This document shows positions 37,276-46,819 of a DNA stretch of 64,000 nt, piece after piece; positions within the stretch are counted from its first letter, which is position 1, and every line of letters begins with the position of its first letter. Below the pieces are notes generated by a model. The model was not told where the DNA came from. It ran no database searches and saw only the letters and a program-made list of their open reading frames with translations. Origin of the DNA: Bacilli bacterium (GTDB lineage: Bacteria > Bacillota_I > Bacilli_A > ML615J-28 > CAG-698); NCBI GenBank assembly GCA_050953045.1, contig JBMNLY010000003.1, forward strand, positions 42,340 to 106,339, read 5' to 3'. Made by a program: the position numbers and the translations under genes.

Positions 37276-38280
37276 CTATTTTTCAACCGGAAACTTCATA
37301 TTTTTAAGATGAACGCGATTTCCGGTCATATTTTGGACATCTAAGGGTTTGCTATTATAAACCAAATAATCTCTGACAATCTGAAGCGAACGGCTTCCCT
37401 GTTTATAAGGTTGTTGAGTGATTGTTGCAAGGATCTTTCCTTCCGCCAAAGCTTTTCGGACAGCTTTAGTTTCGTCAACCGTAATAACTTTAATCTTTGA
37501 ACCAGTTTCCGCAATTGCTTTCAGTCCGCCGGAGATTCCCGCTGCCGCATAATAAATTAAGTCATAACCATTGCTGAGGATGATATCTTTGGTTAATAGA
37601 TAAGATTGTTCATCATCGTCTTGGTTTTCAAAAGTTTGGACTTGTTTACCTTTACTTTTAAAAGCATCTTTAAAGCCTTCGATTCGCTCAACATGACCTC
37701 TGATTTTATAGGAACCAACAATGATTGCGACATTTCCGCCACTAGGGAGAGCAATATTGGCAATATCGCCGCTTAATTGCCCGCTGTTGTAATAATCACA
37801 ACCAACAAAAGCTAACTTTTCGATATCAATGTCATTATTCATTAAAACAATCGGAATTTTAATCTGACTTAGTTTCTCGATAACCTTCTTTGTATTAAAA
37901 GGGTTGATAATTAAAGCTTGGATATTTTCCTTCATTATACTGTCGATTGCTTCGATTTGTTTTTCTTCATCATAACCTTTAAAATTCTTAATGATTAAAT
38001 TGATATTGCTGCTTTTATTGGCCTCATACATTAAGCCTTCCAAAACATAGTCAAAAAATTCATTGCCGATATTATTAATAACGACTCCGACCCGAAAAGT
38101 TTTCTTGGAATTCACTAAACCCTGGGCGTGGCGATTGGATTTATAATTATACTTTTTAATGATATACTCAATCTTTTTCCTGTTTTCTTCGCTCACACCC
38201 CCACGGTTGTGAATAACACGATCGACTGTCCCTCTTGATACATTGGATAATTCAGCAATTTTCTTGATTGTTATTGACAT
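37276..38280 (-). CDS. LacI-family transcriptional regulator (candidate repressor of the TGTGCACGAGCACA operators)
   Basis: N-terminal HTH ITIKKIAELSNVSRGTVDRVIHNRGGVS, followed by a periplasmic-binding-protein-like sugar-binding core. Confidence 0.85.
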   Translation of the reverse strand: MSITIKKIAELSNVSRGTVDRVIHNRGGVSEENRKKIEYIIKKYNYKSNRHAQGLVNSKKTFRVGVVINNIGNEFFDYVLEGLMYEANKSSNINLIIKNFKGYDEEKQIEAIDSIMKENIQALIINPFNTKKVIEKLSQIKIPIVLMNNDIDIEKLAFVGCDYYNSGQLSGDIANIALPSGGNVAIIVGSYKIRGHVERIEGFKDAFKSKGKQVQTFENQDDDEQSYLLTKDIILSNGYDLIYYAAAGISGGLKAIAETGSKIKVITVDETKAVRKALAEGKILATITQQPYKQGSRSLQIVRDYLVYNSKPLDVQNMTGNRVHLKNMKFPVEK

Positions 38281-38301
38281 ATTGCCTCCTCCTCCTGAAA
38301 T

Positions 38302-39768
38302 CTATTTGAATTTCTCAAAGAAAGGTTTTACGCTTTCTGCTAACAGTAAATAAGTTTGATATTTTTTTTGGTAAATCTGAACATTATCCAACTTTGGGAC
38401 AAATTCCTTTTCAACCTTGATGATGTTTGCACAGGCAGTAAAGACATCAGGAAATAGGCCGTCCCCGACCATGGCCATGATTGCGGCACCCAAAGACGAA
38501 CCTTCGGTCACCACTGGTTTTTGGACCGGGATATTAAAGACATCGGCAACCATTTGACACCAATGGTCGTTTTTAGCGCCTCCGCCTGTGATTCTGATTT
38601 GTTTTGAATTAACATTTAAACTTTTAATCACATCATAACAATGACGCAGTGAAAAGACAATGCCTTCAATTACCGCGCGACTGAAGTTTTCAGGTTTATG
38701 ATTTGCTGTAAAACCGCTGAATGTTCCTTTCGCAAACGGATTATTTAGAGGCGATCTTTCCCCGGAAATATAAGGCAAATAATAAAGCGTATCATCGCTA
38801 TTCGTTTTGACTAAATCATTAAAGATTTCATCATAAGATTTATGAGGAAAAAACGATTCTTTCCACCACTTGAACGAACCTGCGGCCGCAAGGGTGACCC
38901 CCATTAAATGATACTTATGATTTGCATGTGCAAAGGAGTGTAGGAATGATTTTTTGTCAACCGAATAATTATCAGAAGCAACAAAGACAACACCGCTTGT
39001 GCCTAAGGAAATATTAATATCGCCGTCGTTAACGGTTCCGGTTCCAATCGCACCGATTGCTTGGTCGCCGCCACCAACGATCACTTTTACGCTTTGGGGA
39101 AGATTTAGTTCTTTTGCTGCTTCATGAACTAACTCTCCCACGACTTCACTGCTTTCCAAAACCAGAGGAAATTGCTTTATATCAAGTCCTAAAAAAGCTA
39201 ACATTGCTTTACTATAGGTTTTGGCTTTAACATTAAACAACAAAGAGCCGGAAATATCGGATACATCGGTTACAAATTTTTTTGTAAATTTGTAAACCAA
39301 GTAATCCTTCGGTAACATTATTTTTTTGATCTTTTGAAAATTTTCGGGTTCATTATTTTTAACCCATAAGATTTTCGGGGCCGTAAAACCCGTTAAGGCA
39401 ACATTTCCCGTCTCAGCTAGCAACTTCTCGACGGTAAAATGCTGATTTAGATAATCAGTTTCTACAATTGTTCTTTGATCGTTCCATAAAATCGCCGGTC
39501 TGATCACTTGATCATTTTCATCTAAGATTACCAAACCGTGCATTTGACCGGAAAAGGAAAGAGCTTTAATCTTTTCTTCATTGCTTTGAATACATTTTTT
39601 AAGGGCTCTTAATGTACTTTGATACCAATCATCAGGGTTTTGTTCGGTCCATAACGGCCTCGGCGTTAACAACTCATAATTTTCGGTAACGGAGTTAATC
39701 ATCTTTCCGTTTTTGTCAACCAAAATTACCTTAACGCCTGTTGTTCCTAAATCAATACCTATATACAT
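38302..39768 (-). CDS. xylB: Xylulokinase (FGGY family)
   Basis: MYIGIDLGTTGVKV and the GGGAKN motif are present. The gene lies directly downstream of xylA. Confidence 0.85.
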   Translation of the reverse strand: MYIGIDLGTTGVKVILVDKNGKMINSVTENYELLTPRPLWTEQNPDDWYQSTLRALKKCIQSNEEKIKALSFSGQMHGLVILDENDQVIRPAILWNDQRTIVETDYLNQHFTVEKLLAETGNVALTGFTAPKILWVKNNEPENFQKIKKIMLPKDYLVYKFTKKFVTDVSDISGSLLFNVKAKTYSKAMLAFLGLDIKQFPLVLESSEVVGELVHEAAKELNLPQSVKVIVGGGDQAIGAIGTGTVNDGDINISLGTSGVVFVASDNYSVDKKSFLHSFAHANHKYHLMGVTLAAAGSFKWWKESFFPHKSYDEIFNDLVKTNSDDTLYYLPYISGERSPLNNPFAKGTFSGFTANHKPENFSRAVIEGIVFSLRHCYDVIKSLNVNSKQIRITGGGAKNDHWCQMVADVFNIPVQKPVVTEGSSLGAAIMAMVGDGLFPDVFTACANIIKVEKEFVPKLDNVQIYQKKYQTYLLLAESVKPFFEKFK

Positions 39769-39793
39769 AATTAGCTCGCTTTCTTTTTATTCT

Positions 39794-41110
39794 TTATGAG
39801 AACATTATTTGATTGATGATGCTTTCCAAATACTCCTGACGGCCGCTTTCTACTTCTAAATCCTCAATCGAAAGTGCATACTCATAAAGTTCTTCTAAAG
39901 TCACTTCTTTTTCAGAGATTCTTTTACCGATGCCATGATTATAAGAATCGTATCTCTCTTTCACAAACTCATCCAATCTGCCGTCTTCAATCAAGGCTAC
40001 CGCTTTTCTTAAACCGAGGGCATATGTATCCATCCCCATGATATAAGCAAGGACTAAATCCTCAACGGTGTTCGATGCTCTCCTTGTTCTCGCATCAAAG
40101 TTAATACCTCCGTTTTTAAAGCCGCCGGCTTTTAAGATTTCATACATTGCGAGTGTCGAGCCATAAACATCTTTGGGGAAATGATCCGTATCCCAACCGA
40201 GGAGGACATCGCCTTCGTTGGCATCGATTGAACCTAGCATATTATCAATCGCGGCGGTCCTTAGTTCATGTTCGAAAGTATGACCGGCAAGTGTAGCATG
40301 GTTCGCTTCGATATTGATTTTAAAATCAGCTAAGAGATTATGTTTTCTTAAGAAGCCGATTGCGGTTGCGGTATCAAAATCATATTGATGTTTGGTCGGT
40401 TCCATTGGTTTCGGCTCAATCAGAAAATCGCCTTTAAAGCCATTTTCCCTGCCATAATCTCGAGCCAGTTTTAAGAAAGTTGCAAGATTGTCTAATTCCT
40501 TTTCCATATCGGTATTAAGAAGTGTTTCATAGCCTTCTCTTCCACCCCAAAAGACATAGCCGGATCCTCCCAGTTTTATGGTTGCATCAATGGTCTTTTT
40601 CACTTTTGCTGCGGCGATGGTATAAACATCGGCATTTGGTGAGGTTGCGGCACCGACCATAAATTTCTTTGCGGAAAAATTATTTGCTGTAGCCCAAAGA
40701 AGCTTTTTATTGTATTTCTTCTGTAAGGAAGCTAAGTAGTCAACCATTTGGTCAAAGAAAGCAAAGGTTTCCTTTAAGTCTTTTCCTTCGGGAGCAATAT
40801 CGACATCATGGAAGCAATAATAATCAATCCCTAAGATATCCATTAATTTAAAACAAAATTCTGCTTTTGCTTTATACTTTTCTAAGGGATCATTTTGACC
40901 AAAACTTTTGTCCATGGTTGCATCGCCAAACATATCAATCCCTTCCGCAACCAAGGTATGCCAATAACTGAGGGCAAATTTTAAATGGTCTTTCATTTTT
41001 TTACCAAAGATTACTTCTTCGGGATTATAATATTTAAAGCTAAATTTCTCTTTGTTTTTAGATCCTTTATACTCAATTTTCCCTATTCTTTTTAGGTCAT
41101 CAAATTTCAT
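39794..41110 (-). CDS. xylA: Xylose isomerase
   Basis: 438 aa with [31 protein letters not shown] and [14 protein letters not shown]. Confidence 0.95.
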   Translation of the reverse strand: MKFDDLKRIGKIEYKGSKNKEKFSFKYYNPEEVIFGKKMKDHLKFALSYWHTLVAEGIDMFGDATMDKSFGQNDPLEKYKAKAEFCFKLMDILGIDYYCFHDVDIAPEGKDLKETFAFFDQMVDYLASLQKKYNKKLLWATANNFSAKKFMVGAATSPNADVYTIAAAKVKKTIDATIKLGGSGYVFWGGREGYETLLNTDMEKELDNLATFLKLARDYGRENGFKGDFLIEPKPMEPTKHQYDFDTATAIGFLRKHNLLADFKINIEANHATLAGHTFEHELRTAAIDNMLGSIDANEGDVLLGWDTDHFPKDVYGSTLAMYEILKAGGFKNGGINFDARTRRASNTVEDLVLAYIMGMDTYALGLRKAVALIEDGRLDEFVKERYDSYNHGIGKRISEKEVTLEELYEYALSIEDLEVESGRQEYLESIINQIMFS

Positions 41111-41145
41111 CTCATTCTCTCCATTCAGATCTCAATATTTCGTCT

Positions 41146-41195
41146 TGTGCTCGTGCACACACCCTTATATTATCATTCTCTTTTTTATTTGTCAA
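41146..41195 (-). promoter_or_regulatory. xylA promoter-operator module
   Basis: The minus strand reads TTGACA-17 nt-TAATAT-7 nt-TGTGCACGAGCACA. The operator is identical to those at 37108 and 37197. Confidence 0.75.
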
Positions 41196-41224
41196 GAAAA
41201 AAATAAAACGTTTTCGTGATTTTT

Positions 41225-41583
41225 TTAATACTTCCCTCTTTCCCAAACTTCAATTAAATTACCGTCCGGATCCTTTAACCAAACAATTTGCCAAAATCGC
41301 CATTTTCCGGTTCCTTAACCGGTTCAATTTTTAATGTTTCTAGATGTTTTAAAAATTCTTCCATATTCTCAATTTGAAAATTCAACATTACTTGTTGTTC
41401 TTTTGGAAAATAGTCGTTTGTTTCAGAGAAAAACGAAAAAATTGTACAAGACTTAGGTGTACCAAGAAAAACCGCACCATGCCAATCCTGAAATTCAATC
41501 TTTAAGACTTCGTGATACCAAGCTTGCATTTTCTCTAAATCCTTGACGCGAATAAATGCGCCCCCAATTCCTAATGTTTTCAT
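41225..41583 (-). pseudogene. Glyoxalase/VOC-family protein, 3' end displaced by a 1-nt homopolymer indel
   Basis: The listed ORF ends prematurely at ...GDFGKLFG*. The neighbouring frame reads IVWLKDPDGNLIEVWERGKY*, the canonical VOC C-terminus. Adding one A to the A3 run (plus-strand T3, 41287-41289) fuses them. Confidence 0.7.
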
Positions 41584-41647
41584 AAGTTCCTCCTTATATT
41601 TGTTTATGCTTCTATTTTAACAGATTTCTTTTTCTTTTAAAAGAAAT

Positions 41648-41676
41648 GAAAAAACCGTGGTTTTACACGGTTTTCT
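41648..41676 (-). terminator. Rho-independent terminator after the GLUG-repeat gene
   Basis: Minus strand: AAAACCGTGtaaaacCACGGTTTTTT. Confidence 0.7.
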
Positions 41677-44600
41677 TAGCTAGGGATTTTGATACAATTT
41701 TGTTCAAGGTTAATTAGTTTCGGAAAAAAACCGGCTTCGACTAAAGAATAGTCCCAGACATTAGTTGAAAAGCCGATTCCGAGATACCAATCCTCGCTTT
41801 TTAATTCAGTATATGTTACTGGTATTCCAAAACTGTTTTCATCTCCTTGAATTATTTGGTTTTCATAATAAAAAATATTAAAGGTTTTCCCAGAGTTCAG
41901 ATGACCAATAAAACGGCCGACCTTTACCTCTCCGGTTACATTTCCGGAAGCAAAAGAATTTTTAACTTCTTCGCCTGTTTGGAGACCAAGAAAGCCCCCA
42001 ACATTTGTTACTCCTACTACATTTGCTAAGGAGAAAGAACATTCAATTATACCGGCATTAACACCGACTAAACCACCGACATTTTCATTTCCTTGAATTG
42101 TACCACTCGAATAACTATTTTCAATATGGCTGAGAAAATCCTTAAAATGCAAATTGACTCCAACCAAGCCCCCGACATTTGTTGCGCCTGCAACATTTCC
42201 GGAAAAATAACAATATTTCAAATAACCGTTTTCGTTTCTTCCAACTATGCCCCCGGTATCACTTCCGCCAACTATATCAGCATTTGCATAGGAATAAAAA
42301 ATATTTACCTTCCCATACTCATTAACAACATGACCGATTAGACCACCGATCCCAGTTCCGCTTCCTTCTACTCTTCCGAGGAAATAAGAATAACTAACGG
42401 ATAATGAACATTTGCCGACCAAGCCCCCGACAAAATCCTTTCCATAAACTTCCGCAAGAGCAGAGGAGTTTCTTATTTTTCCGCCGGTACCAACCAAACC
42501 GCCAACCCTAGAATCACCGGTAATCGTTCCCGAAGCAAATGAAGAATCTATCGTCCCAAAATTAGCACCGGTCAATCCTCCAACCGTTTCTTTCCCGCTT
42601 ACTTGAACATTTGCTTCTGATGAATATATTAGGCCGTCCGAATTTATTCCGATTAAACCACCGATTTTATAAGTGCCGCTAACTTTAACTTCTCCAAAAC
42701 AATTGTTGACGCTGCCGTAGTTGATTCCAACTAAACTGCCGACATTGCTGTAACCAAAAAATTCGCCGTAAACAGAAACATTTTCAATTGTTCCCGAATT
42801 GTATACTGATAAGCCTCCAATATAATTCAAACCTTTTAAATAAAAATCTTCTAGCACCAGGTTTTTAACAATTCCCTTGCTACCGATACGAAAGAATAAG
42901 CCAAAACGCTCAACTCCTTCGTCTTCAAGATATAAGCCGGAAATTTTATTGCCGTTTCCGTTGAAGATTCCGCCAAAGCTTTGGTCTTCTCCGAGCGGCT
43001 GCCAATCAGATTCTGATAAATCAAGGTCACTGACTAATTCATAACAACCATTTAAATGGTTCCGGATGGCATCTAAGCCGTTAAGATCAGAAATCTTTTT
43101 GTAAACCTCGGCCTGAAATTTGGGCTTTTGGATAACAACCGGAAGCTTACTCTTAAAGAAAATGTCCTCTATTTTATATTCCACAATTCCGGATTCAACT
43201 GGGTTATGTTCGATTTTAATAATTATCCTCTCAGTGGTTGATTCTTCCTCAAATAGAGAATATTCTTCTCCGTTGATAATTACCGAATCAACTGCTAGTC
43301 CGCCCGTATTACCAAGCTCAACGCAGATAATAAAATAATTAAAAGATTCATCCAAATAAAGATGATTTTGGGCGCTTGCTTCAACTGAGATTAATCTAAT
43401 ATCTTCTTGCGTTAATGTGCTATCCTTAATCTTTACTTTAGGTAAGCAATTATTTTCCAAAGGGCTTAAATCCCAATATCTGCTTAACTTAAACCTCTTA
43501 AAAATGATCAGATCTTGGTAGTTCCAGTTTGTTCCATTAAAGCCAAGTTCTTCTTTCGGCGCTTCTAAACGTCCAAAAAAGTAAGTCCCGTGATAAAGCG
43601 CGCCTATAAAATTGCCGACAATCCCACCGACAGCAGTTAAGCCGCTTACTTTACCGAAGGAAAAAATATATTCGAGATTTGTATAAATTATATCATCGGG
43701 AGGAAGATAGAAAGAAGCAATTGAAGAACCGACAATTCCGCCGACATTATTTTTTCCTGTTACATTAACCGTGGAGGAAAGATCAAAAACAATCCCGCCT
43801 TCTACCTTGCCCGCGACTCCTCCGACATTGTTTTCGCCCCAAACATTACCGGTTATGTAAAGACGATTAAGAGCAGGATTTTCTTTAATATATCCCGCAA
43901 CCGCACCGACATAGTCTTTACCAATAATTGAGACATCCCCTAAAACCAAATCATAGACTTCACCGCTCAAATATCCAAACAAACCTAGATAGTCTCTACT
44001 GGGTTGATTGATTTTAATATTCCTAATTGTATAACCGTTTCCGTTTAAACTGCCACTGAAAGGAGTGTTTTCATCTCCCAAGGGTTCCCAATTACCGTCT
44101 GCTTCAAATTCATTTGCATCATATAGAGTAAAGTCCAAATCATTCATCAGAATATAATGCGCGCTTAATTCATTCCTGATCTGATCAAATTCTTCACAAG
44201 TGAATATTTTATAAGGATTTTCCTTTGTGCCGTCACCAGGATCAAACACATCAATGGTAATGCTACTATTTATTCTTAAATATCTGATTTCCTGTTTTAC
44301 TTTATACTGTAATTCCGTTAACTCAAAGTTTAAGAGTCCGCCTTCAGCCATTGAAAGATCAATCAGGATTTTATTTGGACTGGACTCTTCCTTAAACTCA
44401 CTGTATTTAAAAGAATTAATTTTTACACTCACAATCTCATAAGCTTGAGGATTATCTAAAATGATTCTAAATGTAACAAGATCATATCTATTTGCATTTT
44501 GAACATCGCACTCAAAGCTTAAAAATTTCATTATAATTTCTTCTTTGGGTTCACTCACGACTATTTTTAATGTCTTGGTTAGGAAATGATTATTTCCGAG

Positions 44601-44876
44601 GTCAAATTTAAAAATCACTTCATAAGTTCCGGCAATTTTCAGATTGACATCAGAATCATCAACCAATATTCCAAACTTTTCAATTTCTTGACCTCCCCTT
44701 TTAAAAATCACCGCATCCAGCCAATTGGGCTTAGCATCGCCCACTTCATAATTTGTTTGAAAACTACTATCTATAGAGAGTTCATATTCTTCTTTTTCTT
44801 CTTCGTTTGGCTTTGAAGGAAAACAGCCAGCAAAGACAAACAATAAAACCACAAATAAAAACCCGATTTTTTTCAC
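41676..44876 (-). CDS. Large surface lipoprotein with many GLUG-motif repeats
   Basis: It has lipobox VFAGC and more than 20 copies of N/K-VGG(L/I)(V/A)G spaced about 20 aa apart. This pattern is the GLUG motif of IgA-protease-like and adhesin proteins. Two similar halves are each preceded by Ig-like segments. Confidence 0.7.
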   Translation of the reverse strand: MKKIGFLFVVLLFVFAGCFPSKPNEEEKEEYELSIDSSFQTNYEVGDAKPNWLDAVIFKRGGQEIEKFGILVDDSDVNLKIAGTYEVIFKFDLGNNHFLTKTLKIVVSEPKEEIIMKFLSFECDVQNANRYDLVTFRIILDNPQAYEIVSVKINSFKYSEFKEESSPNKILIDLSMAEGGLLNFELTELQYKVKQEIRYLRINSSITIDVFDPGDGTKENPYKIFTCEEFDQIRNELSAHYILMNDLDFTLYDANEFEADGNWEPLGDENTPFSGSLNGNGYTIRNIKINQPSRDYLGLFGYLSGEVYDLVLGDVSIIGKDYVGAVAGYIKENPALNRLYITGNVWGENNVGGVAGKVEGGIVFDLSSTVNVTGKNNVGGIVGSSIASFYLPPDDIIYTNLEYIFSFGKVSGLTAVGGIVGNFIGALYHGTYFFGRLEAPKEELGFNGTNWNYQDLIIFKRFKLSRYWDLSPLENNCLPKVKIKDSTLTQEDIRLISVEASAQNHLYLDESFNYFIICVELGNTGGLAVDSVIINGEEYSLFEEESTTERIIIKIEHNPVESGIVEYKIEDIFFKSKLPVVIQKPKFQAEVYKKISDLNGLDAIRNHLNGCYELVSDLDLSESDWQPLGEDQSFGGIFNGNGNKISGLYLEDEGVERFGLFFRIGSKGIVKNLVLEDFYLKGLNYIGGLSVYNSGTIENVSVYGEFFGYSNVGSLVGINYGSVNNCFGEVKVSGTYKIGGLIGINSDGLIYSSEANVQVSGKETVGGLTGANFGTIDSSFASGTITGDSRVGGLVGTGGKIRNSSALAEVYGKDFVGGLVGKCSLSVSYSYFLGRVEGSGTGIGGLIGHVVNEYGKVNIFYSYANADIVGGSDTGGIVGRNENGYLKYCYFSGNVAGATNVGGLVGVNLHFKDFLSHIENSYSSGTIQGNENVGGLVGVNAGIIECSFSLANVVGVTNVGGFLGLQTGEEVKNSFASGNVTGEVKVGRFIGHLNSGKTFNIFYYENQIIQGDENSFGIPVTYTELKSEDWYLGIGFSTNVWDYSLVEAGFFPKLINLEQNCIKIPS

Positions 44877-44927
44877 CTTATCCTCCTTAATCCTCTAATT
44901 CTTTACTTAAATATGCATAACGCTGCT

Positions 44928-44962
44928 AAAAAAGCAAGATTTCTTTCCGGAAATTCTTGCTT
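44928..44962 (-). terminator. Rho-independent terminator after DUF3307 gene
   Basis: Minus strand: AAGCAAGAATTTCcggaaaGAAATCTTGCTTTTTT. Confidence 0.7.
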
Positions 44963-44972
44963 ATGATTATCT

Positions 44973-45710
44973 CTACATTCTTACAAAAATTATACCTAAT
45001 GCTGCAATAAATAAACTGAGCAAAGTGCCGATTAAATACCTTTCCGCAAACTCCTTTTCTTCTAACTGTTTATAGCGAGCAATTGATTTGGCTGTAAAAA
45101 CCAAAGCAACCGCAGTATATAAACCCATGATTCCAAGGGTAAGGATTACTAATCTTTCCAGTTTACCGATAATTGAACCGGCTTTGTTTTCGCCCTCGTC
45201 GCATAAATCTTTTTTAAAGAATAGATTAAAAAAGTGTTTTATAAAAACTGAGGAAGGCGAAAGGATGATTAAATATGCTATCACTAACTTCAAGAAATAA
45301 TTTAAACTAAGCGGCGCAATCATCTTAACAAACCAATCATAAACCGCAACACCGAAACTGCTTGTATTTTTTTGGTCAAGCCCCTGAACTAAGAGCAAGA
45401 AAATCAAAATATGTAAGGCTTGGTCAAAGATAAAACTAATGAATTGGGCTTTAACACCGGGATGTTTGCGGTCAAACTTAATTCTCAAAAAATCAATTAC
45501 TAAGTGGCTGGTAAAGATAATCACCGGAAACATTATTTTAACGATTGTGCCTTTAATCATTAAGACGACAAGAAAGGAGAGCGCCGTATAAATCAGACTA
45601 TGTAAAAGGACATAATTAATTTTTTCTTTTTTCTTTTCGGAAAAATAGTAGGGTTGAAAAACATAATCTCCCAGTAAATGAGCAATTACAAAAAGAATAA
45701 AAAATTCCAT
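44973..45710 (-). CDS. DUF3307-family integral membrane protein
   Basis: It has the N-terminal motif AHLLGDYVFQ and a second His-containing helix (TSHLVIDF). It has multiple TM segments and partners with a SatD-like gene. Confidence 0.6.
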   Translation of the reverse strand: MEFFILFVIAHLLGDYVFQPYYFSEKKKEKINYVLLHSLIYTALSFLVVLMIKGTIVKIMFPVIIFTSHLVIDFLRIKFDRKHPGVKAQFISFIFDQALHILIFLLLVQGLDQKNTSSFGVAVYDWFVKMIAPLSLNYFLKLVIAYLIILSPSSVFIKHFFNLFFKKDLCDEGENKAGSIIGKLERLVILTLGIMGLYTAVALVFTAKSIARYKQLEEKEFAERYLIGTLLSLFIAALGIIFVRM

Positions 45711-45724
45711 CGTTCTCCCTCCTC

Positions 45725-46576
45725 TTAATTGGAATTTAATAAAGCTAGAATTTCTAATCTGCGAATTTCATTCATTAAGCCGCTTTCAACCGTTTGGCGA
45801 ACACTTTCACGGGTAATTCCTAAAATTTCACTGATTTGTAAATGAACACTTGGGTTAATTGGTTCTTTCAAAAAAATCCTTTTTTCATTAAAGACATTAT
45901 CTAAACCAAATCCTTTATTTGTTAGATCTAAAAAATTAATATTATCAATCGATTCAGAAGTTATCTTATAACTGGAAATATTTTTTTGAAGCAACAACTT
46001 AATTAAATCGCGATATTCATTATACTTGTCTTCTTGAAGAAATGATTCAAATAATGCTGGAGCTAAAATATTAATCATGATATTTATTTCTCGTTGCTTT
46101 TTGGTTTGTTTTTTTTCGAGGACAGCAATTGAGTGAAACAATTGATTTAGTAAAACATCATTTTTAAGATTATCAGATTTTATTATAAGAGATAAATCTT
46201 CTGCTTTGCTTATTTCTAAAGCAAAATCAGCTTGATGATAAGCATCCCCATCCATGTAATTAGAATCATTTTCGTTTTCAAGGTTAGGAGTAAGATTATA
46301 AATCGAACCAAGTCCAATCCCAGAGCGAATCTCATAAGGATAAAGGAAATTCTTTATTAAATAATAACAATAAATTGCATCTTTTAAATTATAAAACAAG
46401 CCTTGAATGCTGTCCCCGGCAGAGAAAACAAGTTTTTTAAATAAAGAATTATTTAAAATTAGATTTAACTTATTAATAATTGTATACAACTTCTCTTGAC
46501 ATTCAATCCTTGCTTTTTCAGTTAGTTCCCGTGAGTCTTTTAAATCCGCAATTAACGCAACATATTTTTCCATCAT
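45725..46576 (-). CDS. SatD-family protein (cyclase-like N-domain plus C-terminal HTH)
   Basis: VALIADLKDSRELT and FSAGDSIQGLF blocks are present, with the C-terminal HTH ISEILGITRESVRQTV. I prefer the start at ATG 46576 after GGGAG. Confidence 0.55.
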   Translation of the reverse strand: MMEKYVALIADLKDSRELTEKARIECQEKLYTIINKLNLILNNSLFKKLVFSAGDSIQGLFYNLKDAIYCYYLIKNFLYPYEIRSGIGLGSIYNLTPNLENENDSNYMDGDAYHQADFALEISKAEDLSLIIKSDNLKNDVLLNQLFHSIAVLEKKQTKKQREINIMINILAPALFESFLQEDKYNEYRDLIKLLLQKNISSYKITSESIDNINFLDLTNKGFGLDNVFNEKRIFLKEPINPSVHLQISEILGITRESVRQTVESGLMNEIRRLEILALLNSN

Positions 46577-46819
46577 CTCAACTCCCACAAGCATTTTTGC
46601 TTGATTATGCATTTTTCAAGTGAATTCAATTGATTTTACTATATTATACCATATTTAACTTGTATTTCCTATCCCAAAAAGCTAAAAAATTCTAATTAAT
46701 GGTAATAATTTAAACTTGATTCTAATCTAAATTCGAGATATATCTAGAGGAATAAGATTCAGTATGGTATAATAAGTATACTAAACTTTGATTATTAGAA
46801 TTTAGGAAAGGAATTAGTT

